From an uncultured Gammaproteobacteria bacterium (GTDB lineage Bacteria; Pseudomonadota; Gammaproteobacteria; Arenicellales; JAANXG01), in the NCBI GenBank assembly GCA_963731035.1, contig CAVSUY010000003.1:49012-113011 (forward strand): a stretch of 64,000 nucleotides of DNA, read 5' to 3'. The position numbers and the translations under genes were made by a program. This document shows, piece by piece, positions 62,887-64,000 of the stretch. Each line of letters opens with the position of its first letter. Position 1 is the stretch's first letter. The notes beneath the pieces were generated by a model. The model searched no databases, was not told the DNA's origin, and saw only the letters and a list, made by a program, of their open reading frames with translations.

Positions 62887-64000
62887 ATGGATTCCTGCTC
62901 GCTCAGGGTGTTTGAAGCGGGAATCTGGCTCTTTTATCACAACTCACCATGGCCCGCTATCTTGATTGACTCCTCCACCGTCGTGCGTCCGAGATTGCAC
63001 GTATTCACGATGGCAAACGAGCGCCATGGCGGATTCCTGAGCTCATGCGGGCTGATGAGACGCCTGCAGTCGCACTTCCACGTCGATGCCTGGCCGCTAA
63101 CCGGCGCGACACCCGACGAGAATGCCACCGCGCTGCGCGAAGCAGCGGACGAGGTCCACTTGGACGGTGGCGTCCCTGCCTGCGACATCCGCGGCCACGT
63201 CCTCTTCTACATGAACGACTATCCACCGCTGTTCAGCAACTTTTCCCGGCAGTGGCAGCGGGCGCTCCGGGATGCGGCCAGTGTACAGATCGCGTTCAAC
63301 CGGACTCTGGGCAGCCTGCCCCGTGAACACTGGCTCGCACGGCAAGTCACCCGGATCTATTTTCATGATTCGTGGATGGGTGAATCCTGGCGCTTTTTGA
63401 CCAATGAGTCACCGCTGGCAGACATACCGGCCGAGGTGTTGGCGCCGCCCGCCGATCTCACACGTTTCCTGCGCATCTCCGCGCCGCGGTCCGGGCCCGT
63501 GGTGGTTGGCCGCTTCGCCGGTGATGCCAGCGTTCCGCGCAACGCCGTCGAACTCTACCGGCAGCTCTCCGACAACGTGCCGGAGGCCGAGTGGTGGTTT
63601 ATGCCGGCGCCTGCCGCGCTGGAAGAGGTATTCGGCGGCGACCGTCGATTCCGATTTTTTGCCCGGAACGCCATGGACCCCGTCGAGTTTCTTTCATCCT
63701 GCCACATCGCCGCACTGACCTATTGGGCCGGCGTCCCGGTGCCCGGGCCGCGCTCGCTGATGGAGGCCATGGCGGCGGGCTGTGCGCCGGTGGTGATCGA
63801 CCGCGAGGGACCGCGCGACCGGGTCATTCACGGGGAGTCAGGGTTCCGGACCAATGACGACCTGGAGTTCATCGACTACATCGCGAGGTTGGCGCGGGAT
63901 CCGGTGCTGCGCGATCGTATCGCCGCGGGTGCCAGGGAACGGGCGCGGCGGTGGGGTCCGGATGTATGGGTAGAGCGGATCGTGGCAAACAGCCTCGGGC
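62887..64000 (+). CDS. GT4-like glycosyltransferase (3' end outside the window; absent from the ORF track)
   Basis: Manual translation: open from ATG 62887 (or TTG 62962 / GTG 62983) to the window end; VVGR..PGPRSLMEAMAAGCAPVV..GPRDRVIHGESGF..LARDPVLRDRIAAGARERA. Confidence 0.82.
   Translation, partial: MDSCSLRVFEAGIWLFYHNSPWPAILIDSSTVVRPRLHVFTMANERHGGFLSSCGLMRRLQSHFHVDAWPLTGATPDENATALREAADEVHLDGGVPACDIRGHVLFYMNDYPPLFSNFSRQWQRALRDAASVQIAFNRTLGSLPREHWLARQVTRIYFHDSWMGESWRFLTNESPLADIPAEVLAPPADLTRFLRISAPRSGPVVVGRFAGDASVPRNAVELYRQLSDNVPEAEWWFMPAPAALEEVFGGDRRFRFFARNAMDPVEFLSSCHIAALTYWAGVPVPGPRSLMEAMAAGCAPVVIDREGPRDRVIHGESGFRTNDDLEFIDYIARLARDPVLRDRIAAGARERARRWGPDVWVERIVANSLG

Overview
High-GC gammaproteobacterial chromosome segment. 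The lineage is not resolvable from this window; the gene order resembles non-enteric, Chromatiales-like gammaproteobacteria (inference). About 90% of the window is conserved housekeeping: the 3' end of a nitrile hydratase locus, ccmABCDEFGHI, miaB-phoH-ybeY-corC-lnt, yrbG-kdsD-kdsC-lptCAB-rpoN-hpf-ptsN-rapZ-HPr-ptsI-mgtE, mlaFEDCB-yadGH-bolA-grxD-murA-hisGDCBHAFIE-tatABC-rep, petABC-sspAB, hslVU, two Hsp20 genes and argB. petB carries a +1 frameshift. At least three families of small palindromic extragenic repeats occur, and one family supplies the stop codons of three genes. The right end (about 55-64 kb) is accessory. It holds an lpxD homologue paired with a DUF374 acyltransferase, an encapsulin-type ferritin with no adjacent encapsulin, a TPR gene remnant and tRNA-Arg(CCG). 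The most interesting element is an uncharacterised cassette at 59.2-64 kb: a Cys-rich DUF6171-like gene, a double-GT4 glycosyltransferase, a twin-arginine 'WxxPxVxxVxLPAHAQTS' micro-precursor with a mature part of only about 21 aa, a leaderless six-Cys beta-rich protein and a divergent atypical GT4. It may be a glycosylated, Tat-exported peptide or surface-structure system; this is a hypothesis. All family assignments come from motif recognition, not database searches.
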